This document shows, piece after piece, positions 49,122 through 59,619 of a stretch of 59,619 nt of DNA (its first letter is position 1; every line of letters begins with the position of its first letter). The stretch is from Chiloscyllium plagiosum (taxonomy: Eukaryota), in NCBI RefSeq assembly GCF_004010195.1, contig NC_057725.1, forward strand, positions 20,486,239 to 20,545,857. Direction: 5' to 3'. A program made the position numbers and the translations under genes. The notes below the pieces were generated by a model. The model saw only the letters and a program-made list of their open reading frames with translations, was not told the DNA's origin and searched no databases.

Positions 49122-51221
49122 GTACCTCCTGCATTTTTGTTTCCTCCTTGTTTCAAAAAAAAAGTGCAATGGACAGAGCCCGGCTCTAAAATAGTCACTC
49201 AGCACAAAACCAACTGTCTGTACTCGGGTACAGACCCCCCCCCCCCCTCTCGTTTTGAAAGCTTTGAGCCAAATTGAGTTGGGTTTAGTCTCTGAGGATT
49301 TCCCCACTGAATGAGCACAGACGCCATGAGAAAGGTGGGTGGGCAAAATGAAAATGTTGCGCTGATTTGTTTGGGAGAAAATTTAACTTTTATTCATGGG
49401 CAAAAAAAACCATTTACAAACGCATTTGGAATTGGAAACAAAAACGTAAATTGCTGAAAAAGCTCAGCAGGTCTAGCAGCAACTGTGCAGAGAAATCAAT
49501 GTGAACGTTTCGGGTCCAGTGACTCTTCCTCGGAATTTCTGTTTTCGTTTCTGATTTACAGCATCCGCAGTTGTTTTGGTTTTTACTCGGATCTTGCAAC
49601 TTTTCTTCAATGAGTGTGTTGCACGTTTGGATGCCTCAATCTCATTGCAATACGATAACTTGCTACCTGCATTCAATGACTAGGGTAAGCCCAAATGGGG
49701 TGGGGGAATCTTGTGTGACACAATAACAGTGTCCCTCCTTCTGGTCTAGGAGACCCTAGTTCAAGTCGCACCAGCTTCAGCTGTGTGTCTAACCTCTCTG
49801 AACAGGTTCAACAGCTCCAAGAATGTTATCATAGTTACCATCCCCATGGTGCACAGAAATACCTTGGTGGCCTTTCCTCATTGCAACTTTACAACACTTG
49901 CCCAAACTTTAGTGTGCTCCTTAGTAAGTAGTCCTGGACCTTGACATGCACCACTCTGCAGCACTAGATTGAGGACACCTTATGCTGGAAGACCAGTAAG
50001 CTTTGGGCACATCAGAGTGCCATTCGCTGACATGGTGGTCCTCCAGCAGCAGTTAACATTTGCTCGGTGAACAGCTTATAGAGCCCAGAGTTCTGCAATT
50101 TGTAACTGTTTGGGAGGAACCCTGACAAAAAAACTATTACATTTCTCTCCAGATCATCTTTGCAAAGATATATTTCAGCCAGAGTTGCTGTACCAACTTT
50201 GCAGTGATGCACAGAGATTGCTTTCCTGATTTATTTAAGAGCATAGAGTGACTTGTCCTTTTTTTTGTCTAGTCTACCTGATCTAGTGCAGCTTGAACCT
50301 GACACTGAAAGCCTGATGTAAAAATTGTTCAATTTCTCCATGTGAACATTCCTGCTTTGTGGGTGGCCTTTTTATTTAATAAACTCATATTAAAGTTGTT
50401 CGAATGTTATCTTATGACTGAAGTACAAATCAACTTTACATATGTTAATTGTTCAAGGAGGGTGTTGCTTTGGACGTATGCGATTCAATCATACAGAAAT
50501 CTGCACTTGGATACATCCTTGGGTGGAAGCTTTCTCTGCTATGTGTAATGATCTGAAAATAATTGAGTAGCATTAGTTCAATTCTTTAGGGACATATATC
50601 AGCAGCATGACAATTTCATATAATTCTGTTCAAATTCTGGTTAGTTTGATAACTTCACTCCAGTAAATTGGTAATGATAATTGTAGAAAAGGAAGACAAA
50701 ATCAGATAAATGCAAGCAAGGATATTTTTCTGGACTTGATGGCTGCTGTTTGGTCAGGGAGTTAATGCTCAATTTCTCAAATAGTTAAAGAGCTTAGAAA
50801 TGTTTTCTACAACATATAATTTCTTTTGCAAACATATATACCAAAATTGTTGGTTAAGCAATGAAAACTGCAGCTTTGAAGTTACATTCTCTGTATTCCT
50901 TTAGCTATAGTTCGCCAACAATACTCTCCTTTGGTTAATTGGTTTGTTATCATTATCCTATATGATTAATAAATTAAAAGTTTTTATTCTAACAGACTGA
51001 TCTGAAAGTGTGACAGTTAAATCCTAAGTAATAGTTTTGCATAACATTTTTGTCAATTTTATACAGAGCATAGTCACTAGATTGGAGATAAGCTGCTAGA
51101 CTTGGGAGAATGAGCTGCAATGCACAGAAAATCACCAGATGACTGATATTAACTTTAAGAAACTGCTGTGATCCCATTATGTGTTGGTCATTAGGATTGA
51201 AATAGTGAAGTGCTGAGGCAA

Positions 51222-51755
51222 CACTAAACAACTCTTGGAATATTGTGTTCAGCTCTGGTCACCTCATTATAGGAAAGATGTGGAAGATTTAGAGAGGGTA
51301 CAGAGGAGATTTACTAGGATGCTGCCTGGACTGGAGGACATATCTTATGAAGAAAGGTTGAGGGAGCTAGGGTGTTTCTCATTGGAGTGAAGAAGGATGA
51401 GAGGTGACTTGATAGAGGTGTACAAAATGATGAGAGGGTGGATAGCCAGAGACTTTTTCCCATGGTAGAAATGTCTATCATGAGGGGACATAATTTTAAG
51501 GTGATTGGAGGAAGGGGAGATTTAGGGGAGATGTCAGAGGTAGTTCTTTACATAGAGAGTGATTGGTGCGTGGAATACACTGCCAGCAGTGGTAGTAGAG
51601 TCAAATACATTAGGGACATTTTAAATGACTCTTGAATAGGCACATGGATGATAGTACAATGAAGAGTATGTAGGTTATTCTGATCTTAGAGTAGGATAAA
51701 AGGTCGGCACAACATCAAGAGCTGAAGGACCTGTCTTGTGCTGTTCTATGTTCTA
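51222..51755 (+). mobile_element. CR1 3' fragment
   Basis: [17 protein letters not shown] and RMRGDLIEVYK motifs; ttctatgttcta tail. Confidence 0.88.
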
Positions 51756-52281
51756 ACTTCTTTCCTTATGAAGTTTAGAAATTAACAGAGACTGATGGAT
51801 GTATCAAATTAATCCAATATCTGAAGATATTTTTGATGTCCTTTAAACCTAGACAAAGATATTATTCATAATGGAATAATAAAAATAAAGTTTAGCTGCA
51901 CGTGATATTTTTGTCATTTCAGTTTTCCACTATAAACAATAATTTCAACATTAAGCAATGCCACAATTTGTGATTCAATGAAAAATTACTATAATTATGT
52001 CTGTCAGTTGTGATGTTTGACAATTAACGAAACTGATAAATGGTCTTGTGTTAATGAAATACCCTCCCTTATCTGTGCCAAATTATATTTTTGGGTGAAT
52101 TTTCATTTTATAGATCATATTTCAAGTATTGTAGTGTCATAACAATGTAGCAGAATTTGGAAAATTTAATATCGGAACTCCAGTAGGTTTCTGCACAAAA
52201 CAGTGACTTTGAAAATTAATGATATTTCCAAAGATTTGTTAGCTTTTGTGCTCCACCTCTGAAAGATTATCATAGGATCAT

Positions 52282-52530
52282 CATAGAATCCCTACAGTGT
52301 GCAAACAGGCCATTTGGCCTAACAAGTGCCATCGACTCTCGGAAGAGTAACTCACCCAGATCAATTCCCCTACCCTATTACTTTATATTTACCCCTAACT
52401 ACTGCCCCTAACTCTCATATCCCAGAACACTATGGGCAATTTGGTATGGCCAATTCGCCTAACCTGCACATCTTTGGATTGTGGGAGGAAACCAGAGCTC
52501 CTGGAGGAAACCCACGCAGACACAGGGACA
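52282..52530 (-). mobile_element. 5'-truncated HE1-like SINE
   Basis: Similar to 16408-16760. Confidence 0.8.
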
Positions 52531-53573
52531 ATATAAATTCCTGAAATCCTCTGTATCAGTATCAAATTCAAAACTGTGTGGGAGAGGGAAAATTGGTTTG
52601 TTTAGATATTATGGCACAATTATTGCTGCCACTACATTTTCCAAAATAGGATAGGATGAAATCAAGTCTCAAATTTTCTGTAGTCTCTCATTGTCCAAGT
52701 CATCTTAATTAAATATCACCTAATTGCATCTTAAACAACAAGTAACAATAAAAAAAGTAACAGTGGAGGTCCAAAAAACTTGGTGGGTGAGATGATCATG
52801 AACATGCATCAATAAGATGTTTTGAATGGGTACTGAACGTAGTCAAAATGATTTCCCAACCAATATTGCATTCCATGTATTTGGTAATAACTTTCACGAT
52901 CATAATGAAACAGTCAAGATAGTAAGAGGGAATAGTCTCCTCAACGAGCAGAAACAATGTCTAGGGGTCAGAGTCAAAAATGTAAAAGCTAGATCTTTTA
53001 AATGCGAAGTCATGAAACATTTCTACACACAAGGTGATAGTAGTTTGGAATATTCTTTCACAGTTGGCAATTGATAGCAGTACAATTGCCAATTTAAATC
53101 TGAGCTTGGTAGGATGTTGTTGTTCTAATGTTAAGGGATATGGGACAAAAGTGGGTATGCAACTTTAAGTTACAGATTAGTTGTCTTTCAGTTTGTTTTT
53201 GTCTGGGCCTCATTTTGACTTCAGATACTTATTCCCTTTTAAGCTTGTTTTACCTGGAATTTATTTTTGCTTATCAAAATGAGTAAGCAGGAATTTCCCT
53301 ACTTTTTTTGCATTATATGTTATGATCCCAAGTATGGAATAACTCAAAAGCAATGTGATGATTCTCTTAAACATTTGACTTTAACTCCCCTGGCCGCTGA
53401 TTTGAAATTTTCCAAGGCTGGTCATTTTTGTCGATTTGCCAGTTTAGTGCTGAATCATAAGCAGGATCTTGCTGCTGAATTGCTCCCTGCAAGGATGGTA
53501 TTTAAATGATGTTGATCTACCACAGAAGAGGGAAACTCTAACTAGTATGGACCAGATATAAGCTTAATTCCTA

Positions 53574-53727
53574 GGTGACAATGAATAATGCAGATGCCAG
53601 AGATTAGAGTCAAGATTAGAGTGGTGTTGGAAAAGCACAGCAGGCCAGGCAGCATCCGAGGAGCAAGAAAATCAACATTTCGGGCAAAAGCCCTTCATTA
53701 GAATTAGGGCTTTTGCCTGAAATGTCG
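53574..53727 (-). mobile_element. Penelope-type insertion with short fold-back
   Basis: 16-bp TSD ataagcttaattccta at 53558-53573 and 53728-53743. Confidence 0.85.
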
Positions 53728-53992
53728 ATAAGCTTAATTCCTACTGATCAAAGGATATTAGAATTTATCTTGCCAAGCGGCCTCTAGCTTTAAATATTTA
53801 GCTTTGCTATTGTTATAACTGCCCAAATTCCACTATGAACTGGAGAATGTAACAAAATCCCAGATGCATATTTCAGGGAAATGGAATAGGCAAGTTCCTA
53901 GAATTTATGCTTAGACCATCTTAATATTGATTTGCAGTGGTTCATCTTTGATTTGTTAAATCTCTTCACATCTTTGCTTTTAATACTTTTAG

Positions 53993-54288
53993 GTGTGGCC
54001 TTACTTTCTCGGTGGGGCGCTTCTTTAGATGGATGGTGGACACAAGAGTTTCCGTGCGTATTCATGAATATGCTGCGATCTCTTTGGCCGCTTGCATGGA
54101 GAGTCTGTTGGAGGAGATTGGGATCAGGGTAGCAGCAGGACATGGTTCAGAAGGAGGAGGGGGAGCCATGCATGACGGCAGACAAGAGCTTTCGATGGAA
54201 ATGTTGGAGCTGTGCATCAACAATGATGCAGAACTCTGGGGAGTCCTGCAGCCTTACGAACATCTCATCTGCGGCAAGAATGCAAATG
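53993..54288 (+). CDS. ABTB2: ABTB2 coding exon 2
   Basis: Acceptor ttttag| and donor G|gtaagg. Translates (R)[36 protein letters not shown]...[23 protein letters not shown](G), in frame with exon 1. Confidence 0.94.
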
Positions 54289-55079
54289 GTAAGGAGAGAC
54301 TGGTTGTCAGAACCTTTTACTGAAACTTTCAGTCCCATTTTGTGGTAATTTAATCCTCTCACTAGCATTTTCATTACTAAAGAGTTAAGACCAAAATGTC
54401 TTCTAAATATTTTTTGAAAATTGCAGACATCTTTATTTATAAACCTTTCAAAGCTTAGCGAATGTTCTTCCACAGCAAGCAGGAAGTTTAATTTTGGAAC
54501 AGCTACCTATATATTTAGTTGCAATATTTTGGATGTGAAAAGTAATGTTTGCTCCAGAGTCAGTAGTAAACTCATTCGAATGAAGAGACATTTTTACCAA
54601 AAATTTCATGTCAAAATTCTGGACAAATGGTATGACCCATAATGCAGGGCATGGAGAATGGATAGTTTAGGAAAAGTAGAAAGCCACATTGATAAGCATG
54701 TACATCATGCCCAGTGTTTTAAATTTCTGAATAGCAGAGGATGACTGAAAGAAAAAAGGTAAGAGTTGAATTGGAGGTGCGGTGTCTTGTGAATGCCCTC
54801 AGAAAGGAAGGAAAAAAAAGCTTTTCAGTTCTGTGCATCACTGAGACAGACTACATTTTTGAACCATTTGAAGTTTATAAAATGAAATTTCAAAATAGTC
54901 CACTGATATTAAAAATTACAGCAAGCTCCACTGCTCACCAGGGGCATGATCTCTTGCAAGACTCAGGGATGGCATCAGCTGTTACTAGAATCTTGTTCTT
55001 TTGGGAGATGTGAAGTCCAGAATTAGTGTAACTGCAACAGAATTGCACTTTTTAATAATTGCATATAGTTTTCAACTTC

Positions 55080-55308
55080 AAAGTTTGGGTGAAGATTTGT
55101 AGCTCGGGTGCTCGTTGTTGTGGTTCTGTTCGCCGAGCTGGAAATTTTTGTTGCAAACGTTTCGTCCCCTGTCTAGGTGACATCCTCAGTGCTTGTGAGC
55201 CTCCTGTGAAGCGCTTCACAGGAGGCTCGCAAGCACTGAGGATGTCACCTAGACAGAGGACGAAACATTTGCAACAAAATTTTCCAGCTCGGCGAACAGA
55301 ACCACAAC
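55080..55308. mobile_element. Spacerless palindromic Penelope-type insertion (fourth family)
   Basis: 13-bp TSD agttttcaacttc at 55067-55079 and 55309-55321. Arms of about 97 bp centred at 55212/55213. Confidence 0.9.
55153..55192 (-). ncRNA. Minimal hammerhead ribozyme core (mirror copy at 55233-55272, plus strand)
   Basis: GCA-CTGAGGA-T-GTCACCT-AGAC-AGGGGAC-GAAA-CGTT-TGC. Stem I is GCA/TGC and stem III is the palindrome AACGTT. Confidence 0.75.
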
Positions 55309-56472
55309 AGTTTTCAACTTCTAACATGATGTAATAACAACAAATATTATGATGTAAAATTTGATTAATTTGTTTGGTCTCTGTGTCATCTGTTGCTTTT
55401 AATACCTTAAGTATTTAAAGGGCGAACATCTTTAAAACCCATATTCTGAAGTTCAGAGTTAAGATTTACAAATGAGAAAAGAGGACAACGAAAGGAACTT
55501 TTTTTAAAAAAAAAAGCAATTTCGTGTGCTGAATGTAAAGGACTATTTGGGAAATGGTCATGTTTAATATAAATCATAACCATAGCGCTAAAGGTAAAAG
55601 ACAATTATTTATTTTTAGGCAATTGAAGCATATTATTATGGGATTGACATGCTGCTGCAGTTCTCATGGGATAAGTATTTTATTTCTTTGGGGAAACTGA
55701 AGCTGATTAAACTCTGTTCTTTATTCAATGATTTATGATACAGTAGTCTTTTATGTGCAAAGTCACCATGGCAGTGATTTTTTCCTTTGAGTTAACACTC
55801 ATTCAGGAATGTGATCACTGACACACGGATTACTGGAATAATGTTGTTCAAACTTTCCAAAGGAAAAACATGAATAAGATAATTTTAGCGAATTCACCCT
55901 TTTCTTTCCCCTCTAGAATTTCTCCAACCTTTTCAAATGGCAGTCACTGCTCAACTATGACCGCTTCCAATTGCTGAGGTTAAGACGTAGTGGAATTTTC
56001 TCTGATTTCTACCCTGAGAAAAAGCAGAAAAATGTCTTCTCCTGTGGTTTGTTAAAATGATTCTGCTTATCAGGGTTTAATCTTGTGATTTAAACTGCTT
56101 GGCTCACAGTATCAGCTTAGATCAGAAGAAAAATGTTATAATAATCATTGCGAAATTGCTGTCTGTTGTAAGATGATTTAACCATGGTTTTATTTTTGTT
56201 TGACTTCACACTGGGCATTCAGATATCCCATCCAATTTATTAATATTTAGTAAGAATATATGTACTGAGGATTTTGTTTTTGAAGAATTGTCTCCTAAAG
56301 AAACGTTATTCCAAGTATCCGCAACAAAGATTTGCAGAAATGGACTTGCTGATCTACTCTACACAGACATGCTGTCCGTTTCTTCCAGAAAATGTAAATT
56401 TATGTCCGTTCGATCTGCAATAAGTAGTGCAATAGAAAGGCTCTCAGAAAGACTTGTGATATTATTTTTGCC

Positions 56473-56704
56473 TATGTGTAAAAAAATCCAAAAGAACTTT
56501 GGATGCTGAAAATCTAAAACAAAAACATAAATTGCCGGAGAAACTCAGCAGGTCTGGCAGCATCTGTAGACAGAGATCAGAGGTAATGTTTTGAGTCCAG
56601 TGACCCTCAGGATTTGAGGAAGGGTCACTGGACTTGAAACATTTACTGTTTTCTCACCATAGCTGATGCCAGAACTGCAGAGTTTCTCCAGCAATTTCTA
56701 TTAT
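56473..56704. mobile_element. Fold-back Penelope-type insertion (second family)
   Basis: TSD tattatttttgcc at 56460-56472 and 56705-56717; inverted arms. Related copies at about 18575-18810, 25070-25260 and 49430-49585. Confidence 0.8.
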
Positions 56705-56964
56705 TATTATTTTTGCCAGTTGTCTTTAAATTATAGTAATCATTGAAGAGATATTGATAATTTTAATATTGTTCAGCAATAGTAGTCGAACAAGTTACAA
56801 GAATAAGTGATTACATAAGACAAAATATGAAAGAACTGCTTAGGCAGATACAGGAGTAAATTCCTCCCAAGTAACAGCTGAAAGGAACTCTAATTGTAAA
56901 ATTGGTGGTGACTTATCTGAGACTTTGTGTCAGACTAAACATAAATATGCAAATATATGAACAC

Positions 56965-57615
56965 ATGAATTAAGAGTAGGCCATTCCACTCCCAATTGCT
57001 CCACAGCTTGATAAGACCCCACTTCACATTCCCATCTACTCCATCAATCTTTAATTCCCTTGTTCGTTGTGAATCTCTCATACCTCAACTTTAAAAGAAT
57101 TCAATGACTCGGCCGCCACTGCTCTGTTAAAACTCCAAATCCTCTGAAAGAAAACTGTTTCTCCTCATCTGTGTCTTAAATGGAAGACCCATAATTTTAA
57201 ATTGCATCTGTTAGTTCTAATCTCTCCACCGGGGAATCCTCCTCCTTGGAGTATGCATCCTGTCAAATCCCCACAAAATCTTGTATGTCTCAATAAGATC
57301 AACTCTAATTCTTCTAAACTTCAAAGGATACAGGCCCATCTGGTCAAACCTTTCCTCCATAAAATGACTTTTTCATCTCTGGAATCAGATTATTGAACAT
57401 TCGCTGAACAATTTTCAACATACTTATATCCCTTTTCAAAGAAGGAAACTAAAACTGTAACAAATGGTAATACTTCATTTGCTTTCATAATCACTTGCTG
57501 CACCTGCAAATGAATGTTATGTGATTCATGTACCTGAACCCCCTGATCATTTTGTGTCCCAGATTTCTGCAATCTCTCTCTCTGTTTAAATAGTATGCCT
57601 TTCTATTCCTTCTGC
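56965..57615 (-). mobile_element. Degenerate CR1 3' fragment
   Basis: GVQVHESH..HLQVQQVIMKAN remnant plus CR1 3' UTR-like sequence. Confidence 0.7.
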
Positions 57616-58089
57616 TTCCTTCAAGCCAATGCTTTACAAGTGCTAATATGCCGGTCAATGTTTCCCATAATTTGACTTTAGAATCAAAATGTCACGTGAG
57701 AAATGGAAATCTCACATTGATGCAGTGGGATTTGGCTACACTGTAGAGTTGGGTTAAAGCTGGACATAATTCTTTAACACACGGAAACATTTTTCTCTTG
57801 GAGCTGACCTCTGTTGCGTTTATGATACCCTTAATCCAAATTTCATCCTCTAGTCTCAAAATAATTTTAGGAATTGTGGAATTGGGTCTCAAGACCATTA
57901 CTAGCACGTGTGATTTAATAGGATAGTTTTCCTTTTGACCAAGACTTATTGAGTGAACTAGTTTCTGGGAAAGAGAAGGAGATAGTTGTAGTAAAGCTGT
58001 TATTACTGTTCACTGTGACAATTTATGCTCTCTAACAGGTGCAGTGGCTGACTTTGCTATTTGACACACTCACATGGGCCAAGATCACT

Positions 58090-58380
58090 CGCATTTTAGC
58101 TTAATGATGTCAGCTTTGTCTCACTAGTCCAGGATGTCAACACATAATCCAGTAAAGTGCTGTCAGAGGTGCCTCTTTATTAATGAGATGTTAAACTGAA
58201 AGTTCATCTGCCTTTGGTGGTGTACATCTAAGATTCTGTGGTACTATTTGAAAAAAGAGCAAGCCAGTCCTTTGCAGGTTCCTGGGAGTGCCTAATCATC
58301 ACTTAGAACACAGAATAGCTGGGTATTATCCAATTGCTGTGTGTAGGACCTAGCCATTTGCAAATTTGCTGCCATTATCC
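58090..58380 (+). mobile_element. Deu-domain SINE (SacSINE1/AmnSINE1-related)
   Basis: Core gtgctgtcagaggtgcctcttt..atgagatgttaaactga..catctgcc. Confidence 0.6.
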
Positions 58381-58994
58381 TGAAGTGAAAATACAAAAAT
58401 GGCAAAAAAAAGTCAAGCCATATGATTCAGGCTAAAACTGCTTATTAAGCTTATTATAGTGACTCAAATCATACAGAAGCTTCAATAGCACACCAGATAA
58501 ACCAGAACTCCATTTGTAATAGCATCTATTCCAAAGTAGCAAAAGTTATAGAAACAACCCTACAACCCTAAAGAACTTTACACAAAAAATGAGTCTCAGC
58601 TCTATTATCTTCTAACCATCCTATCAGTACAGTGAAATGGAATATTGAAGGACATTAACAAATAAATAGAAGTATATACTGAGAAAATCAAACTGACAAA
58701 GGCAACCACAACACTGAGAGCTGGTTCTTCAATGAAAAGAGAGTGAAGCTGTTAGAATTTTTGGAGATTTAACAAACATGTATTTGCTAAAGTGGGCCTT
58801 ACTGGTACAGTCAGTTCCAGAATATTGAGGTGCTGAGCATTGATTTTTTTCAAACAATATCAGAAGATTTGGCCCGATGTTGCAGGGACAAGTGAACTTT
58901 GTGGAAAACTAGAAAGACGAAAATTATGTATCTGCTAGAGATGTGGTGTAAAATAAAAATGTAAGACTTATTTTGGTTCTGTTTATTAGGAATT

Positions 58995-59275
58995 CAAAAC
59001 TGGAGGATATAGTTTTAAGGTGGGAGGGAAAAATTTAAAACGAACCTGAGGGGAACTTTTTCACACAGAGGGCAGGTGGTATGTGGAATGAACTGCCAGA
59101 AGTGGTGGATGCAGATACCATCACAACATTTAAAAGACATTTGGATAGGTACATAAAAAGGGAAGGATATGGACCAAAAGCAGGAAAACGTTACTAGTTT
59201 TTAGTTTGAGAAACCTGGTTGGCATGAGTGAGTTGGTTTGAAGGATCTGTTTCTATGCTATAATGCTCTGACTGC
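58995..59275 (+). mobile_element. CR1 3' end
   Basis: KVGGKKFKTNLRGNFFTQR..WNELPE. Confidence 0.8.
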
Positions 59276-59409
59276 ATAATGGTTTAGTCAATGTTTTCAG
59301 TCTGTTGATTTTAGTTTGTTCAGTAGAAGTCTTAAAAGGTGAACTGTTGCCTTTTGGTTGTTTCTGTTGATTCCTAGAATCCCTACAGTGTAGAAGTTGG
59401 CCATTCAGC

Positions 59410-59619
59410 GCGGACACCTCCACCTACTGCCCCCTTGACCATGACCCCACCCCCCACTACCAAACCATCATCTCCCAGACCATCCAGAACCTCATCACCT
59501 CAGGGGATCTCCCATCCACCGCCTCCAACCTCATAGTCCCACAACCCCGCACCGCCCGTTTCTATCTCCTGCCCAAAATCCACAAACCTGACTGCCCCGG
59601 CCGACCCATTGTCTCAGCC
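59410..59619 (+). mobile_element. Young Penelope-like element, RT N-terminal region, running off the window
   Basis: Open frame ADTSTYCPLDHDPTPHYQ...PRTARFYLLPKIHKPDCPGRPIVSA with CpGs intact. Confidence 0.88.

Noticed and set aside
48661-49346. Overlapping alternative-frame and antisense ORFs (198, 112, 91 and 131 aa)
   Set aside because: Expected by-products of a GC-rich exon; no recognisable homology.
55052-55334. Mirror 91-aa ORFs on both strands
   Set aside because: Artefact of the palindrome.

Overview
Eukaryotic, repeat-rich vertebrate DNA. The HE1/V-SINEs, Deu-domain SINEs, CR1 LINEs and abundant Penelope-derived repeats point to a cartilaginous fish (shark); this is an inference. 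Three host genes are supported. (1) Two spliced minus-strand coding exons (9113-9290, 5621-5752) of a short SPSB3-like SPRY/SOCS-box paralogue, which continues off the left edge and has a candidate CpG-rich first exon/promoter near 15.7-16.05 kb. (2) An intact 805-aa SLC26/SulP+STAS transporter whose whole CDS is one exon (21189-23606, minus strand). Its anion-binding pocket appears systematically rewritten: TM10 SLSR becomes VWEQ, TM1 PQ becomes PL, TM3 PF becomes AS. This is the most interesting element in the window. (3) The CpG-island promoter and first two coding exons of ABTB2 (48532-49121, 53993-54288). The rest is mostly decayed L1/Tx1, CR1, L2, RTE, Vingi-like and Harbinger-like elements and two minisatellites (34-bp and 37-bp units). 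There is also a dense set of short fold-back Penelope-type insertions with target-site duplications that carry minimal hammerhead-ribozyme cores; two of them appear to have captured nearby genomic sequence. Repeat boundaries are approximate and family names come from motif recognition, not database searches.
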